A program made the position numbers and the translations under genes. Under the pieces are notes generated by a model that ran no database searches, was not told the DNA's origin, and worked only from the letters and a program-made list of their open reading frames with translations. From assembly GCA_050251055.1 (NCBI GenBank), contig JBFWNL010000009.1, positions 64,001 through 128,000 of the forward strand: DNA of 64,000 bases. Direction: 5' to 3'. Numbering within the stretch: position 1 is the stretch's first letter; every line of letters starts with the position of its first letter. Below, one piece after another: positions 61,948 to 64,000 of this stretch. Origin of the DNA: Bacteriovoracia bacterium. Lineage in GTDB: Bacteria > Bdellovibrionota > UBA1018 > JBFWNL01.

Positions 61948-63865
61948 CCTGTAGCCCCAGCTCGATCACGTGATCGGGTGGGACGTGAAAGAACGCGGTC
62001 GCCGACTGCGCATTGCGGGACATGAGCGTGAAGAGCTTCTTGCGCCAGCGCCACATATTGGTTTGCCCCGGAATGAGCTTCACGGGCCCGGGCTTGCCCA
62101 AGATGATCGTTTCGCGCCCCAGGAAGAAGCTCACGTCGTCCCAGCGAATTTTCAACTCCGTGAACTCGCAACGTTTCAGAATCTCGAGCACGCTCGGGTT
62201 CTGCATGTAACCGTAACGCGCGACCAACTGGAAAAGACCGTGGCCCAGATTGGTCAACCGGCAGTGTTCTTCGGAAGGCACCGAGGGCACGTGTTCGTTG
62301 AGGATCGTGAGGAAAACCACCTGCTCGTGCAACGCTTTGTTGTGTTTCAGATGGTGCAGCAGGATCCCGGGCGCGATATTCCAGTTCGGCGTCATGAAGA
62401 TGGCCGTGCCCTTCACGCGCGCGGGCGCCTCTTTCTTCACCTTGTCTATGAGCTCCCGAATCGGCATCGATTTGGCGAGCAACGTCGTGTAAAGCATCGT
62501 GCGGCCCTTCCGCCAGGTCGACATCAGCACGAAGAAAAAGACCCCCACGCCGATCGGCAACGCGCCGCCATGCATGATCTTCGCGAGATTCGCGCCCAGG
62601 AAAGAGAGATCGATCAAAAGAAAACCGCCCGTCGCGGCGAACGCCGCTAACCACGACCATTCCCAAATCCAACGCGACACCGCGAAAAAGAGTAACGACG
62701 TGATGACCATGGTTCCCGTCACCGCGATCCCGTAAGCACCGACCAACCGGTCGGAGCTCTGGAAATAGAGGGTGATGGCGATGCAGGAGATCGCCAAAAA
62801 TTGGTTGATCTTCGGAATGTAGATCTGGCCTTCGGTCGAAGCTGAAGTGTGCACGACTTTAAATCGCGGCAAAAATCCCAGCGCGGTCAGCTGGTGCGTC
62901 AGCGAGAAAACGCCCGAGATCAACGCCTGCGAAGCGATCACGGCCGCCATCGTCGCCAGGATCACCATCGGATAAAGCAGCATGCTGGGTACCATGCCGA
63001 AGAAGGGGTTCTTGATGATTTCCTCGCCTTTGGTAAGCAGCGCCGCGCCTTGGCCGAAATAGTTCAATAACAGCGCGGGAAACACCACGCGGTACCAAGC
63101 CATACGGATGGGTTTCTCCCCGAAGTGGCCCATGTCGGCGTAAAGCGCCTCGCCGCCCGTGATGCAAAGGACGACGACTCCCAGCGAAAGAAAGCCGTGG
63201 AATCCATTGTCGCGAAAGAACCGGATTGCTTCCCATGGATTAATGGCACGCAGGATGTCGGGCTTCTGCAAAATCCAGTAAAGGCCCAACAGACCAATCG
63301 CCGTAAACCAGCTTAAGATGACCGGCCCAAACACCGCGCCTACCTTAGCCGTGCCGAAGCGCTGGGGAAGAAAAAGCATGATAAGAACGGCCACCGTGAT
63401 CGGAACGACGAACGGGGCGAACATCGGCGTGGCGGTCTGAAGCCCTTCCACCGCGCCCAATACGGAAATAACGGGCGTGATCATGCTATCGCCAAAGAGA
63501 AGCGACGCTCCGAATAAGCCACACAAGATGAAGTAGTAGATGTGCTTGTGCTCGGCGGAAGAGCGCATCTTGAAGATCAAAAGCGCCATGAGCGCGGTGA
63601 CCCCACCTTCGCCCTCGTTGTGCACACGCATGAATACGGTCAAGTACTTCACTACAATGACGAGGGTGAGCGACCAGAAGAAAAGCGAAAGGATACCGAG
63701 CACGTTGTGCTCGGTCAGCACCAGCGCGCTGTGCCCGTAAAAACATTCTCGCACGGCATAGAGCGGAGACGTACCGATGTCTCCATACACCACGCCCAAG
63801 GCCGCCATCGCCAAAGGCAGCATCTTTCCGGTTTTGGCAGAATGCGGTTTCCGATCGGTTTTCAT
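61937..63865 (-). CDS. kup: KUP/HAK/KT potassium uptake protein
   Basis: GVVYGDIGTSPLY, NEGEGG, GGEALYADMGHFG, GQIYIP, GAYGIAV; start trimmed to ATG 63865. Confidence 0.96.
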   Translation of the reverse strand: MKTDRKPHSAKTGKMLPLAMAALGVVYGDIGTSPLYAVRECFYGHSALVLTEHNVLGILSLFFWSLTLVIVVKYLTVFMRVHNEGEGGVTALMALLIFKMRSSAEHKHIYYFILCGLFGASLLFGDSMITPVISVLGAVEGLQTATPMFAPFVVPITVAVLIMLFLPQRFGTAKVGAVFGPVILSWFTAIGLLGLYWILQKPDILRAINPWEAIRFFRDNGFHGFLSLGVVVLCITGGEALYADMGHFGEKPIRMAWYRVVFPALLLNYFGQGAALLTKGEEIIKNPFFGMVPSMLLYPMVILATMAAVIASQALISGVFSLTHQLTALGFLPRFKVVHTSASTEGQIYIPKINQFLAISCIAITLYFQSSDRLVGAYGIAVTGTMVITSLLFFAVSRWIWEWSWLAAFAATGGFLLIDLSFLGANLAKIMHGGALPIGVGVFFFVLMSTWRKGRTMLYTTLLAKSMPIRELIDKVKKEAPARVKGTAIFMTPNWNIAPGILLHHLKHNKALHEQVVFLTILNEHVPSVPSEEHCRLTNLGHGLFQLVARYGYMQNPSVLEILKRCEFTELKIRWDDVSFFLGRETIILGKPGPVKLIPGQTNMWRWRKKLFTLMSRNAQSATAFFHVPPDHVIELGLQVKL

Positions 63866-63887
63866 TGGCTTATGATGGCAGAATACC

Positions 63888-64000
63888 ATGCTTTTCTTGA
63901 CCTTCCTTGGTCTTTTTGTGGGCGCTTTCGGCACGATGATCGGCACCGGGGGGGGCTTTATCCTCATGCCGATCTTTCTATTGCTGTACCCGGGGGAAAG
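63888..64000 (+). CDS. 5' part of a TauE/SafE (TSUP) family transporter (runs off the window)
   Basis: MLFLTFLGLFVGAFGTMIGTGGGFILMP carries the family's GxGGG N-terminal motif; absent from the ORF track. Confidence 0.7.
   Translation, partial: MLFLTFLGLFVGAFGTMIGTGGGFILMPIFLLLYPGE

Noticed and set aside
63866-63967. N-terminal extension of Kup in the ORF track
   Set aside because: It is the antisense of a TauE/SafE gene starting at 63888 on the + strand

Overview
GC-rich bacterial chromosomal window, most likely Bdellovibrionota/Oligoflexia-like (inferred from a TIGR02147 regulator, TPR-winged-helix regulators, PSD/cytochrome-c clusters and many orphan secreted proteins). Housekeeping blocks are rpsP-khpA-trmD-[inserted gene]-RNA methyltransferase-rplS-rnhB (rimM absent), dnaE, miaB-gamma carbonic anhydrase-guaB-guaA, lipB, kup, tldD/tldE and tRNA-Val(GAC). 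Best leads: (1) a lower-GC module with a STAND-ATPase/TPR/wHTH regulator divergent from an N-acyl-amino-acid-synthase-like GNAT and a heme-oxygenase-like diiron enzyme, next to a membrane class III cyclase, a candidate new signalling or biosynthetic system; (2) a TIGR02147 regulator whose divergent sigma70 promoter appears to drive an ORF-less, multi-stem RNA of about 230 nt, with a 14-bp direct-repeat operator; (3) a 55-bp-arm inverted repeat that includes the tRNA-Val CCA end; (4) two Fur-box-like palindromes in front of uncharacterised genes; (5) two cytochrome-c/Tat-protein clusters, one with a consensus sigma54 promoter; (6) a GuaA with plant-like signatures. No CRISPR array, integrase, transposase or rRNA was seen. 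All family assignments come from motif recognition, not database searches.
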